From assembly GCF_009914755.1 (NCBI RefSeq), contig NC_060925.1: a DNA stretch of 64,000 nt. One strand, given 5' to 3'. The position numbers and the translations under genes are program-made. The notes under the pieces are model-generated. The model was not told where the DNA came from. It saw only the letters and a program-made list of their open reading frames with translations, and made no database searches. Source of the DNA: the human T2T-CHM13v2.0 reference genome, Homo sapiens. Positions within the stretch are counted from its first letter, which is position 1, and the number at the start of each line of letters is the position of its first letter. Below are positions 1 through 12,877 of this stretch, one piece after another.

Positions 1-19
1 GGTTCTCATCTCTGAGTAT

Positions 20-452
20 TCACACTGAATGGAACTGACCTATGTAACTAACAGGATGTCGTGGGAATGACAGGCATGACTTCCATGGCTAGGTCATAAA
101 GAGATTGTGGCTTCTACCTTGCTCTCTCTTGGACCCCAGTTGCTGGAGGAAGCCATCTGCCATGTCAAACAGCCTATGGAGATGCCCATGTGGGGAAGAA
201 TGGAGGTCCCCTGCCAACAATCAGCTTTGACATGCCAAGCCTGTGAGGGAGCCATCTGGAAAGGGAGTCTTCCAGCCCCAATCAGGCCTTCAGATGACTG
301 CAGCCCTGGCCAGCTCCTTGACTGCAACCTCATGACAGACCTTGAGCAAGAACTGCTCAGCTAAGCTGCTTCTGAATTCTTAACCTACAGAAATGTCTAA
401 TGCTTTAAGAAGCAAAGTATGGGGTAATTTACCACATGCAATAGATAACAAA
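20..452 (+). mobile_element. MaLR solo LTR, MLT1 family (MLT1E/F-like)
   Basis: MLT1 motifs: 'ggctaggtcataaa', 'cttccagccccaatcaggccttcagatgactgcagccctggcc', 'cagctaagctgct' and a 3' end 'ggggtaattt...gcaatagataac'. Boundaries approximate. Confidence 0.8.
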
Positions 453-797
453 ACCATGTGCAATAAATACTGGTTAAACAAGTGAATGATTCCCCTGACC
501 GAGTGTTTCTCTATGGAAGGGTCTGGCATGGAACCAGGCCCTCTGGGGCCTATGGGGGATGGAGAGGAAACAAAAGATGAGGACATGGTCCTCTAGGAAG
601 GCTGTGGCATGTGGTGGGGAATGACAGGTGCAGACCAGAGGGAGCAGTGTGAGAGCTTTGGATGGGCTAGACTATGTGGGGAAGATGAGGAAGGAGTTCT
701 GAGAGAGGGGACCACATGAGCCATGGTGCAGCTTGGGCCGGACGGGGAGCATCAGCAGAGGCGGGTTCTCCAGTGGCTCTCATCTTGACTGCTGTAT

Positions 798-918
798 CCC
801 TAGCCTCCCTGAGACAGCTACTATTATCATCTCAATTTTGTGGATATGGAAACGGAGATTAAGCAACTCGCCCAGGGTCAAAACGCTGGGAAATGATGGA
901 GCCAGGATTTGAACTGAG
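798..918 (-). mobile_element. MIR SINE fragment
   Basis: Antisense MIR core 'tattatcatctcaattttgtggatatggaaacggagattaagcaactcgcccagggtca...gagccaggatttgaac'. Confidence 0.7.
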
Positions 919-1419
919 GAGACCATGGAACAGAAAACTAGCAGAGGGCGGTCTTAACAAGGCCCAAGGAGATGAGGCTCCCCAGCAGGGTGACTGAGGG
1001 GAGGGCACACAGGTGCTAGGGAAGGTGGCCAAGGAAAGGCCACTGGGGCTGGTACTATAGGAGCATAGAAAGGCAGGGGAAAGTAGCCTTGGGGTGGGGG
1101 GTGACAAAGGCCCTGCCTGAGTTGAGGACTACATGGCTTTGTACCCAAGCCACTCTTACCCCAGCTGAAGCCTCATGTCTCTCCCAGGATGCTCTTGCTG
1201 GGCTCTGTGCCTGGGCTGACCAACTCCCTTACACAGCTCTGCCTACTCCCCATCATACAGCACCTGGACCGCGACGCTCTATCCCCGAGGACAAGGCCTG
1301 CCTTCCCCCAACAGAACCCCAAACACTTCAAGCTACAGTCTCCAGAGACTCTGTTCTCCAGAGGGCCCTGCAGGGATCAGATGGGACTGGGGGTCAGTAG
1401 GAGGGCAGAGGACACCAGG

Positions 1420-1552
1420 TTTCAGTCCCCATGGGAGGCAGGAACATCCCCAGCCTGCCTAGTCCCCAGGATCTGGTTCACCCATGTCCCTAGGACCCAG
1501 CCCTGGGCCTGGTACACAGCAGGTACTCAATACATGTGCATGGAATAAATAA
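1420..1552 (+). mobile_element. L2 LINE 3' end
   Basis: L2 terminal motif 'gcctggtacacagcaggtactcaatacatgtgcatggaataaataaa'. Confidence 0.65.
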
Positions 1553-3599
1553 ACCAGCAGATGCAGAACTCCATCCTGCAAACACAAAGCAGTTCAGAGC
1601 ACACTGGGAAATCACATGGAGGAAATGTTCTGGCCATGAATTTTCACGCTGGTCCCTGATAATCCAGGTCTTTTCTGTCATTGCCCCCAGGGACTGCTGG
1701 CATCTTCCCGGCTGCACTGGGCAACACTCCATATGGGGCTGTGCTGAGACATAGTGACAGAGTGGAGGGGGTGGGGAAGATGAGAACACAAGCAGGGGCA
1801 GAGCCAAGGGATGGGATGTCCTTGGATTCTGAAACCCGAGTGCTGACAGCCAATGTCCAACTCCCAGGTACCAAGTGGTAATTACTGTGAAAAGCAGACA
1901 GCTTGACAATGGAGGATGTAGATTTCACCCAAGGCCTTACCTTGAACCCTCCCCCAGTCACATCACAGGCCATAGGGCTTGTGGGAAGGGTCCTTAGTGG
2001 CCATCCAGCCTCTCCCTATATCCAAGAGGAAACTGAGGCCCGGCCAGGAGCCGAGACCCTCAAAGCTCACCTGAGAGTTGGTGGTGGAGTTAGAACTGGA
2101 AGCCAGAGCTCCCATCTCCTATTCTGTCGCTCACCAAACATGGCCTGGCTCTTGGGGCGTTGCCCTGGGAGACAAGCCTGTGCTCTGAGGGTCCACTGTG
2201 GCTGAGTGACTTAGGGGAATTGGTTCTGCAAAAGAAAGTGCCAGGCAGGGAAGCAGCAACCAAGGGACTGGAAAGAGGAAAGGGATGTGGGGAAGGCTCT
2301 GGGACAGGCCTCCCTGGCTCCTCACTCTCTTTGTCCCCCTGCCACCTTCTCAGAAGCACTCTCAGCATCCCAGGCCAGCCTCCAGCCCAGTCCTTCTCCC
2401 AGGCTGTTCCTCGGCTCTCAAGGCCTCAGCTCCTCCAGGTGTCCCACTCCTCTCAACCTCCAGCCCCTGCACAGAACTCACACTCCCCGCCCTCTCCCCC
2501 AGCACAAGCTCACAGTCCCCACTCCCTGGTCCATTCCCCTTCCTGCCTGGCTGCTGTGCAAGGTGCAACTCAGCCCTCACCCCCTCCTTGCTCTATTCTC
2601 CATGCCCCCAAATCTGCTGCTGTTCCCACCTCACCCCTCCTGGCCTCTCCAGTCAGTGAGCAGAGGCTGCACCCACCAGGCCTGGGGTGGGCTCTCTGAG
2701 GCTCATGTGCATTGCAGCTGTCTCTGCTGCACTGAGTGGATGGTGCCTTTGGCTTCAGAGCCCCCTGCATCTGAATTGAGTTGCTGCCACCTATTCTAGC
2801 TGTGTGGCCTTGGCCAGCCAGTAAACCTCTCTTTTCATCTGAAAAACGGAGCAGACACCTTCTGCACAGGTTAACTAAAGAACCAGCTGGCACGCACATG
2901 GCCCAGCGTTTGGCCCAGGGAAGGCGAGAGATAGACATACATTCAGTGACTGGACTAACTCGGCAAATGTTTCCAGCCACCCCCTCCCATGCCCAGGGTC
3001 CAGGCTGGTGTTGAACATAGTCAATGGCCACTAAGCATTTCACTGACTGATTCATTCTTGCTGCTGAAAGGTGTTCAGCCAAGGAGCGATGGGCCACTGG
3101 GTGATTTAGAAAGGCCCTTTGGGCTGCCATGGCGGAGGGCAGTCTGGGAAGGAGGGGACAGAAGCCAAGAGACCAGAGAGGAGGTGACTGCAGCTCTGTA
3201 AAGGAGTGGAGGGCTGGGCAGGTGGGTTGGGCAGTAGGAAGTCCAGCCAGAGACTCAGGAGCAGGACCCACAGCAGCCAGCCCCGGGGCAGGACGGCAGT
3301 TGAGGACTGGGGCAGAATAGAGGAAAATATCCACCAACGTGGGTGGCTGCTTGATGCCATTGGGTGAGACATGATCTAAAGAGGAAAGGCAGGTTTAGGG
3401 CTGTTGTCTGCAGCAGTGAAAATGATGAAATGAGGAATTGGGTTTTGCAGTGTTAAGAGAGTGCTTACAGGGTATTCAGGGTGTTGTCTGTGGGGTACAA
3501 TGTTTGCGACACCAAACACATCCCTTCTTCAGTGCCAAGATAGTGCCCCACCAACATGCTCTGCAACAGCAAATCATTTGCCAGTACCATGACTTTTTT

Positions 3600-3752
3600 C
3601 AAGTAATTTATGTGCTTCAACACATTTGTCTTCAACAACCCTTTGCAGAAGGCACTATAATTATCATCTCCATTTCACAGATAAGAAACCTGAGGCTCAG
3701 AGAGGTGGAATCATCTTGCCCAACAAATTATCAACAAAGCAGAAATTGGAGT
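3600..3752 (-). mobile_element. MIR SINE
   Basis: MIR core 'atctccatttcacagataagaaacctgaggctcagagaggtggaatcatcttgccc'. Confidence 0.75.
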
Positions 3753-5663
3753 CAGTTGCAAATAATTTCTATTGAGTGCCTGCTGTTTGGAAGATCTCTT
3801 CCTACGTAAGGGCACGTAGAACCATGTCTAGCACACAGCATGCATATTAACACTTGCTCTGATGGTGACGATGGTGAAGAAGATGATGACGATGAAGGTG
3901 ACAGGGATGAGGATGCACTTCTCACATCTGATTGAATCCATTTGACAATTCTAGGAGGAGGGCATGAGTCCCCCTTGTCTGTGGGGAAAATGAGCCACAA
4001 CAGTGTGGGAGTTTGTGGCAGTATGAGGGCTGAGCTCAGGTCACAGAGGTCAGTGTCACCCAGAGCTCATTCACTGCTCTAAAATAGAACCATCCAGGCT
4101 CTGCTCACTCCCTTCCCCCAAATTAGCAACTTTCTACCACTCTGCCTTTCTCCCCTATGGCTGGCAGGCTGGAGATATGTCTCCAGCCTGGAGATTTGGG
4201 ACTCAGGCATTGCTGGGGAATTAAACCCTGCTCTCCTCCTCCGTCAGCACAGGCAAACTCCATGACAGGCGGATGGAGGATGTCTGCCTGCTCCCTGGCC
4301 ACCCACGTGCTATCTAAATTCACTGCCAGACAAAGCCGCCTCTCGATCTTGGCGCCTCCCTCCCTCCCTGCCATTCATGCACTGAGAGATTGCATTTCCA
4401 GTAAGTGGAGGCTGGAGAGAGAAGGAAGCAAGCAGGAGGGTGGGGGCTCTGGGGGAAGAAGGAAGAGGAGAGAAAAAGGCAAGAACACTGAATCAGGCCC
4501 AAGAGTTAGCCCCACCATCAAAGTGACAACCCATTAAAAAAATGATTTGTGGGTGTGCAGGGGAGACACCACCTCTGAAGAGCCACCTTTTCCATGCTCA
4601 ATGAGGCAGCATCTGCAGCCAGTGCCCGCCCAGGGTGTCTGGGAGCCGATGGTTATCACAACAGCCCTTCACGCTCCCACTTAGGAAGGAATCTCGAGAG
4701 TTCCAATGTTCTGAACCCTCCCCACTTTTAGAAGCAAGGAGTGCCCGGGCTTCATGCCTCCATGGCATTCGTTCTGGGGGAAACCTGAACGAATTTCCAA
4801 TTGCATCCCCTGTGGTGTTCAGATCTCTCCCTCCTGCAGAGCCTTGGCAGGTGCATTCTCTGTCCATAAGAAAACAGACCAAGCTCCTTTGACAAGCTAC
4901 AGATGCTCAGCTCCCCGTGGAAGGGGTTGAGGGGCCAAGAAGGGTGGGTCCTGGGGCCCTGACAAGGCTTCCTGGCTTTGGAAGAAGGAAGGTAGGGCCA
5001 CTGCTCCCCCAACTCCTTCTGCCACAGAAAACAGCCTCCCCAGGTAACCTAAGCAGGGGTCTTGAGAAAAGTAGCCATCCTGGGTCCTGGCTGTCTTGTC
5101 TGTTAACTGAGAGGGCTGCACCACATGCCACCCTTCCATGCCCCAGATGCAGGATGAGCATTCACTGTGGGCAGATGCAGGCCAAGGAACCAGGGCGTGC
5201 ATTTCTGGCTTCCCTCCGCAAACTTTCACTGCCTTCCAGACTCTGTACTGGATGCCTGGGGATTAAGGCACAAGGATGATCACATGTGTGTCCTTGGGTG
5301 GCTCAGAGTCCCAAGGAAGAAACAGATGGAGAGCAGAGGCCCCATCATGACCGGGGCAGGATGGTGGCCTGTCAGAGGGATGTGGCCTGAAGGAAGTGTT
5401 GAAGGACCAGGAGGAGTTCTGGCTCTTTTTCTACCCAGAGAAGCTGACACGGTTGGCCAGGGCACTATAGTCACTCCAGGGCTGACTCTTCAGGCTCCAG
5501 CCACCACCTACCCCTTCTTAGACCCTGGTGCCTACTACTCCTGCCCCACCTCCAGGCACCAGCCACAAATAATGTTCGAGGTCTTCTCCGCCCTTTCCTT
5601 TATCTGCTGAGAAACATGGCTCCCCTCGTTCCCCGCTCACCAGTGGGAGTGCCCACTCATGAA

Positions 5664-5860
5664 CATAGACTTTTGGATCTAATTGGCCAGGGTTTGAAGA
5701 CCAGCTGAGCCACTTACAAGCTACGTGGGCTCAGAAAAGCTGCTTAACGTATCTCAGCCTGGTTTCCTCATCTGCAAACTGGGATGAATAGTACTACTGG
5801 CAGGGTTGTCTGGGGGACTGATTAAGATACTGTGTGTGTAAGCAGGCACTTGACCGATAC
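5664..5860 (+). mobile_element. MIR SINE
   Basis: MIR core 'gccacttacaagct...cttaacgtatctcagcctggtttcctcatctgcaaactgggatg'. Confidence 0.75.
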
Positions 5861-7459
5861 TCTTGCCGTTCCCACTGCCCACAGTGCCTCCAACCCCTGC
5901 AGTCCCATTTTTTTGTGTCTGGCTGTGGTCAACCGTCATATCTGAGATGAGACCTCTATCTCTGCCATGAAGGGTCCCTGACTCTCCAAGACTACAGGTT
6001 CAAAGGATCTGCTTCCCCAAAAGGCTGAGCATACCCCTGTCATTGGGTTTAGTGTCCTGGGCTACCATGGCCCATTGAATCATCTGTTGTCCCACCAGCT
6101 GCTAAACACCTGAAAAAGAGTCTTATTTGCAGTAACTCATTTGCTCCTTAGCATCCTTGGTTTACAGATGAAGGAATAAAGGCTCAGAGAAGAGAAATGA
6201 CTTATCAAGGTCACGTGGTTAATTAAATAGAAGGTGGGGCGGGGAACTCAGTCTGGCACTTTATGTAAGAACTGTGTTTTAATAAGGGTCATCAACCCAA
6301 GGCCTTGGTGATGATGAGGACCTCAGGCTCATGACAAAACTGGGCAGGGAGATATATTTGGAAAGGGAGATTTTAATGTGGAAACGGCTTACAGATTTGT
6401 GAGGCTCTGAGGCCCTAAAATACAGCAGGTGTCACTTAACCTGTTCTGGCACATCCTACTTGCCAGGCCCTGTGCTGGGGCCTTTGCTGTACCTGTTCTG
6501 TTCTGTGTCACTGAAATTCTGAAGAAGGATATGGATCCATGCCATGTCTATAGAGGACCATGAAGCTCAGCCATGTGATCTGTCCAAGGCCAGAGCTGGT
6601 AGCACTGAAACTCAAATTCAGCATTGGCCACCTCTGGGAGGGCAGGGTCCTCTTCCATCCTGCTCTGGCCAGTGGGAGGGACACCCCATGTGGAGAAGGC
6701 CTGCCCCAGGCCTTGGCCTCTAGGAAGGACGAGCGGGAAGCAGCGTCCCCAGAGACATATAGACACGCAGCTGGGTCTCACAAACTCTGGCCAAGCCCTT
6801 GTACTGCGCAGAAATCGCAGGCACTGTCGCTGAACCAGTCCTCAGAAATCAGTAAAGCCCTGGGTTTCTCAATCCAGGTGGCGGCCTCAGCACGGAGCCA
6901 TGGGGTAGCGGGGCATCTTCTCAGACCATCAATTCTACTTGGAGATGTAGGGAAGAAAACAATTTAAAAATTCCTAAAGTAAGTTCTGATACATGCTATA
7001 GCATAAGAATGTTTAAAACTCAAAGAAATTCATTGACTCTTCTCTGTGGAAAAGCTTAAGAAGTTTTGAGTTAATCCAACCCTCCCACAAAGCAGAAAGA
7101 TAGTAGAGTCTGAGGCATCAGGTGACTTGCTCAAGTTCCCATGATCCATCAGCTCACAGGACCTGGACTCAGGCTTGGAAACCAGCGGCTTTGTGGTCAG
7201 GAAGCCCTGGATTCCAGTCCAAGCTCTGCTGCTGTGTAACTGTGCTGTTTTGGCTTGATCAATTCCTTTCTCCGTGCCTTAGCTTCTTCACCAGTAAAAT
7301 GGGGCAGCTGTCTTGGCAGCTATAGGGATTCCTGGGCCCACCATAAATGCCCGCCTCCCTGTCTGCCTCTTTCCCTACAAACAGGGTAAAGAAACCTATG
7401 GAGAGAAAACTCCCACATCAGCACTCACATCCCCAAGAGGGTAGATTCTAAAATCTTTT

Positions 7460-7900
7460 CTCCGTTGGTAATGAACCATGGCGCCATTAGACCACAACAT
7501 TTCACGTAGTTTCTGAAATCATCATCCATATGAAGATATTGTGCTTGGAATCATCTCACAGTCACCGGAAGGCTGAATTCCCTCGGCCACCCACTGCTTT
7601 TTGCGGAGGAAACAGAAATGTCTGAAAATAGAACGTGAATCGATGCCCCCGACTTGCTGCCGCAAAGTGTGGCAAAGCCCAAGGAGCCCGCGCCGCCTCT
7701 GCCCCTGCATGGCCCCAGACGGCTGGGGGTTTCCGGGCAGCCTGGAGTAGGATTTCAACATCTCAAGCTGGAGGTCACGTGCACAGAGCAGCCGGTGGCA
7801 AACGGGGAACTCCAGGAAGCCAGGCTGTTTCAGAGAAGTACTTGGAGCTGGGGGGCATTTAGGCAGGAGCCGAGTGAGGTCAGAGGGTCGGTGGCAGCCG
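7460..7900. promoter_or_regulatory. CpG-retaining candidate enhancer/promoter with kB, ISRE, GAS, ETS and E-box motifs
   Basis: 18 CpGs counted in 7561-7900, far denser than the flanks. Motifs: GGGGGTTTCC 7725-7734, GGGGAACTCC 7804-7813, GAAACAGAAA 7609-7618, TTCAGAGAA 7829-7837, GTCACGTG 7774-7781. Function is inferred. Confidence 0.45.
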
Positions 7901-8454
7901 TAGGCCTAACTTGCCAGAGAGGGAGGCCCAGTCTCAGTGGGTCACTCCTTCCAGGAGCAGAGGAACAGCGTGACAGCCCAGTGGCGGCCAAGTGACCGCC
8001 CACAGAGCACTGGGCACCCACAACTCTCTTTGCAGATGGGAACACCGAGACTCAGGGAGGGTGAGTAATGTGCCCCCAGGAGTTACCCAGCTCAGCAGAG
8101 AAAAAATTGGGGTTGCCCCCACCCCCTCTGCCTCTCTTGGAAGGAAGTCTTGGCTTCCTCAGGCGCTCCTTCCACTCCACCCACTGTACCCACCCACCTA
8201 ACATCTACCAAGCATGTCTCAACCCCAGACTCCCAGTATCATCTTGTCTGCTTCCAGATAACCCTGTAAGACAGGCAGGGTAATCATGCCCACTTCACAG
8301 ATGAGAAAAACTGAGGCTCTCAGAGACCATGTGACTTGTTTAAGGCAGAGGCTCAAGTCCAGGCTGTCTGGCCCACCTCCCCAGTGTGCTTCAGAAGAGA
8401 GCACTAGTAACAGCACAGTGGCCATGACATTCCTACATGACAGCATCTCAGCAT

Positions 8455-8645
8455 TTCCAAAGTGTTTTCACTGCCACCCTAGCACCCAGCCACAAACAGC
8501 CCTTTCCTACCCACAACCACGGCATAACCAGGAAGTTGTCTATCCCCATTTTAGAGATGAGAAAATGGGATGAGAGGGTTGAAGTAACTTGCCCAAAGTC
8601 ACACAGCTAAGAAGTGGCAGATCCAGGACTCAAACCTAAGTCCTC
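8455..8645 (-). mobile_element. MIR SINE
   Basis: 'tatccccattttagagatgagaaaatggga...gttgaagtaacttgcccaaagtcacacagctaagaagtggcagatccaggactcaaacc'. Confidence 0.8.
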
Positions 8646-10678
8646 CAGGTCTCCCCATACTCAACCTACCCATCCACATTGCTGGCCAGTGGACGGGATG
8701 AAGATGTGGGCGCTGGCAATGGTGTGGCCACTGCCTCCCCGGCCACCACCAATGCTCTGGGCCCTAAGGCCCTGCACCCCTTTTCTCTGATGACCACTCA
8801 GTCTCCAAGGCCATCCTGAAAGCAGCTTATTGCAAGACCTGCTGGAGGCTGGGCAGCCAGAGAGTGGATGAGTTAATGTAGGTGGGACAGGACACCCCTG
8901 GCTTCTCTGCCGCTCTTCTATTGCCTATACACAGCTGCACCATGCAAACCTGGTGTGATTGGGCGAGGAGGGAACAGACACTGGGAAGCCCAAAGGTTCT
9001 GGAATGACATTGCCTGCTTTTCTCTCCAGTGCTGTCAGGGCAAGCCCATGACAGCAGTTTTGGGTGCAAAGAGTGGGGAAGAAGGTAAAAACTGCCATAT
9101 ACAGAGAGGCTGGCTCTGGGGCATGTGTCCTTCATATTTATTCTACAAACGTTTAATAAACACCCACCACTACACAGGCCCTGGCTAGGAGCTCTCACAC
9201 TTCCTCCTTCACTCATCCTGACAACCAACGTGTGGGGGGACCCCACTCTGTGCCCCACCACCATGGCAGACAGGCAAGCAAAATGGGAACAGGAGCACTG
9301 CACAAGGAGTCTGCAGTCATGGGTACCAGCCCTGGCTCTACCATTCATCCACAGATGTGTGACCCAGGCAACCCCCTGCCCTCAGTGGGCAGAAGCATGG
9401 CTGGGGAGGACAGCCAGGCCTATACGAGGCAGGGAGGAACAGGGACAGCTGGCAGGGGGTGGGGGCTCAGTTTCCTGTGTCTGGCCAGAGGCTGGTGCTT
9501 TTCTGTCCTCTCATCAGACCTACCCAGAGACGGTAGGGCAGGAAGAGAACGATTTCCTGGACTCCTACCATGTGCCAGCCCTGGCCAAACATTTTCACAT
9601 GTGGTATCTTGTCTAATTTCTGTAACATCCAAGTGAGGCAAAAACAGGCTCAGAGAAGGGAAATGACTTGCCCCAGATCACACAGCTAGAGCAGGGAGGA
9701 ACTGCAAGAGGATAGAAACACAGATCTGTTTGCTTTCAAAAAAGGAGGGGAAGCTTCCCCTTCCTTTTTCTTCTCCCGGGTCCCCTAGCACCTTTGTCTT
9801 CCTCCTCCGCTTAGCTAGAATGTGTTAGCACTGGAGGAGCAATGGAACCAAGAGGCAGGTGTGGAGGAACTCATCTGCTTCCCACCTTTGCATTCTCCTA
9901 GCAGGGCCGGGGTCCCAAGCTGTCTTTCCATGGTGGGAGTGGGAGGTGCTCTCCTGCGGAGTCCTGACCCATCCCCACTCTCCCATCCACCCTATCTCAG
10001 TGACTAATGGGCCGTGCCGCTGACTAAGCTGCCCTCGCAGGGTGCACAGTGGAAACAAACCCAGGTTCCTTCCTCTCTAATCCTCACCCCCATCCTTGGC
10101 CTGGGGTCTCTAGCCAGGCCCTGTGTTACACAGAGAGGTAGCCCATGATACAGGTGAGTCACGCTGAGGCTGCAGCCACCTGGATCTGCTGCCTAAAGAA
10201 GTGCTGCCCTATCCATCTGATTTCCCACGGGGCGTCGGGATGAGAAGGGGCTGTGGAAACGAACAGCCTGAATTTTCATTTCTGGCTCAACCACTGATTG
10301 TGTGACCTTGTGTCTGCTGCTTCACCTATTGGAGCAGCCTAAACATCCCGATTTGTCAAACACAGGGCTGTTTTGAAAACTAGAAGCCATCCTATCTGTA
10401 GGATGCCAGAAACATAGTAGGTACTCAGCAAATCTGAGCTTTTCCCTTCAACTGTCTAAGATAGACTGAGGGCTGAAGGCCAAGGCATTTGTTTACATTG
10501 ATTGTCCAATGAAATGAAATGCTTTCCTATTCCTGACTTGATTTGTGGCAAGATAATGCTTTTTAGAATTGATTCTGACTTGTAGTTTAGCCCTGAATTC
10601 TACACCATTGTGAATTGGACCCTGAATATATCCAGCCTCTACAGCCAGAAGTTCGAGGTGGGGCTGGTACCAAATCTT

Positions 10679-10840
10679 ATCCACCCAACCATCTGTCCAT
10701 CCATCCATCCACCCATCCACCTGTCCATCCATACGCTCATCTTTTCTTCCATTCTGCCATCTATCTGTCCAACCATCTATCCATCCATCTGTCCATTATT
10801 CCATCCATCCATCCTTTCATTCATCCACTCATCCACTCAA
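10679..10840. repeat. Degenerate (TCCA)n simple repeat
   Basis: Runs of tcca/tcta/tctg units. Confidence 0.9.
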
Positions 10841-11389
10841 TGATTGAATCCCCAGCATATGCCAGCCACAGCAAGGGCTCCAAACAAAAAAGAGCTTCAA
10901 TAGCTTCCGCATACTCTGCTGCTGTTGACTCAGACACACATCACAGGCAGCTAATAATTACTTTTCCATTGGTCGGATGTGGAGAGGAAGAGCACTGCCT
11001 CCCTCCCAGCATCTGGCTTGCTCGACATTGCCTTTCTCTGTTCCACATGCAAGTCTCCCAGTGACTATCTTTCTCGTGAATACTTATTCCTTGATGAACA
11101 GGGTATTCCCCATAAGAGCAGAGGTTTTCACTAAGGTACATATCCCTAATGTGCACATGTATATACTGCCTGCCTCATAGTTCTAATGGGGATTTAGGGC
11201 CTGTGTGGGGCTTGCAGTTGATTGTACTGTGTCTATCTGCCCACTGGGTCAGCATAAGGCTTTACACACAGGACACACTTCCCACTTTAGCTTCTCTCCC
11301 TCTGTCGCATCATCTTGATCCATTTTCACCATCACTCCCCTCACTGTCTAGAATTTGCAGTCTGTGTTGGTTTGAGAATCTGTGTAACA

Positions 11390-11563
11390 GGGGAGTGAGG
11401 AGTGCAGTCTCTAAAGCTGGGCCCCTAGGTTTCATATCCATCACTCTAACTGTGTGGTGTGGAACGAGTTGCTAAACATCTCTGTGTCTGTTTCACATCT
11501 GTAAAATGGGGATCGTAACAGAACTAATTTCATGGGGCTGTTGTGAGGATTAAATGAGATCAT
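11390..11563 (+). mobile_element. MIR SINE, interrupted by a hAT MITE and resuming at ~11805-11855
   Basis: 'catctgtaaaatggggatcgtaacagaactaatttcatggggctgttgtgaggattaaatgagatcatg', then 'tgtgaaaagggcctcagcagggcctggtaca' after the MITE. Confidence 0.75.
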
Positions 11564-11564
11564 G

Positions 11565-11804
11565 TTGTTTTTCTAATGGTGGGCAATACCACATCATGAG
11601 GGGGCATTTTTAACTGTAAGTGGGTATTAGGGGATGTTCCAAAGGCTGCGGTGGGGTATGGGGTATGGGGTATGGGGTATGGGTATGCCACTGACAGCAT
11701 GAGGCAGGAACCAGAGGTGCTAAATCTTGCAACATGCCACACAGCCTGCACAACAAAAAACTTTCCCCTCAAAATACTAACTGCACCCCTAGTGAGAACT
11801 CCTG
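11565..11804 (-). mobile_element. hAT-Charlie MITE (MER117/MER20-like)
   Basis: 'agggggcattt', 'ccagaggtgctaaatcttgcaacatgccacacagcctgcacaac...aaaatactaactgcacccct' and terminal 'gagaactcctg'. Confidence 0.6.
11653..11687 (+). repeat. (GGGGTAT)n heptamer repeat, G-quadruplex motif
   Basis: Four exact GGGGTAT units followed by GGGTATG. Confidence 0.9.
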
Positions 11805-11874
11805 TGAAAAGGGCCTCAGCAGGGCCTGGTACAAGGTAGACACCCACCAACTGTGAGCTTGCCACCACGTAAGC

Positions 11875-11988
11875 TTTGTAAGTAAAGGAAAGAACCTTGT
11901 CTGTCTCTTTCAGTGCTACCAAATCCCCAGCACTTAGGACAGAGCCTGACATCTGGCAGACACTAGGTGAATGAATGAATGAATGAAT
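11875..11988 (+). mobile_element. L2 LINE 3' end
   Basis: 'aatccccagcacttaggacagagcctgacatctggcagacact...gaatgaatgaatgaatgaatg' with the (TGAA)n tail. Confidence 0.75.
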
Positions 11989-12578
11989 GTTACATGTTCA
12001 GTCAATGACTGGTGAGTAGCTGTTTGGTGAAACATGTCAAATTTAATCACTACTAGTGTTTGCTATGCAGCTCCAAACCACAGGATAAGGAGATGGTGGG
12101 GGAACAGCTGCCCCTTTCTGAATGTCCCGTCCTATCCTTCCTTCAAGGCCTGAGACCCCTGGAGATGACGCTCAGGGACTCGTCATTTGTCCTTCACTGG
12201 TGAATACTATCTGACTCATAAAAGCTTCTCTCTTCTCCATGACTAGAATGTGGGGGTAGGATCTGCCTCTCTTCCCTCTCTGGTCCTGGGTATAGGGGAC
12301 TTGGTCCCTAGCAGGCTCAGTAGACTTGTGAGTGGTTGCATTGAATGCCGGCCATCAGGCACCTTTGCGTAAATGTGGGCAAACCTGGTCAAGCAGAGTA
12401 ATTGGGAAATGGAAGGGAAATGGGGGAGGGAGGGACTCCCTGGATATTCTGAGAAGAGGATTCACCAGAAATCTCGATTTCTACCCGTGTCAAAAATTCT
12501 TCCATCCTTAGGCACCTCCCCTCCTTGGTAACACATAGAATCTTTCCCTTCTGACTTGAGTTCAGAAGCCAGCCAGCA

Positions 12579-12877
12579 TTTTTTTGTTTTTTTTTTGAGA
12601 CGGAGTCTCACTCTGTCGCCGATGCTGGAGTGCAGTGATGCGATCTTGACTCACTGCAACCTCCGCCTCCAGGTTCAAGCGATTCTCCTGCCTCAACCTC
12701 CCAAGTAGCTGGGACTACAGGCGCCTGCCACCACGCCCGGCTAATTTTTTTGTATTTTTAGTAGAGATGGGGTTTCACCATGTTAGCCAGGATGGTCTCG
12801 ATCTCCTGACCTCGTGATCCGCCCACCTCAGCCTCCCAAAGTGCTGGGATTACAGGTGTGAGTCATCACGCCTGGCC
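12579..12877 (-). mobile_element. Alu (AluSc-like), full length
   Basis: Dimeric Alu with T-tail and 'ttagccaggatggtctcgatctcctgacctcgtgatcc'. TSD cagccagc at 12570-12577 and 12878-12885. Confidence 0.97.

Noticed and set aside
1257-1277. REST/NRSE-like ACAGCACC-T-GGACCGCG
   Set aside because: The half-site spacing is 1 instead of 2 and both halves have mismatches.
2570-3337. Longest ORF (255 aa, minus strand) and overlapping 170-179 aa plus-strand ORFs
   Set aside because: Non-ATG start, Pro/Ser/Leu/Ala-rich, no recognisable domain, long ORFs open in several frames at once, and it crosses an L2-like tail near 3010-3055. This is typical of chance ORFs in GC-rich DNA.
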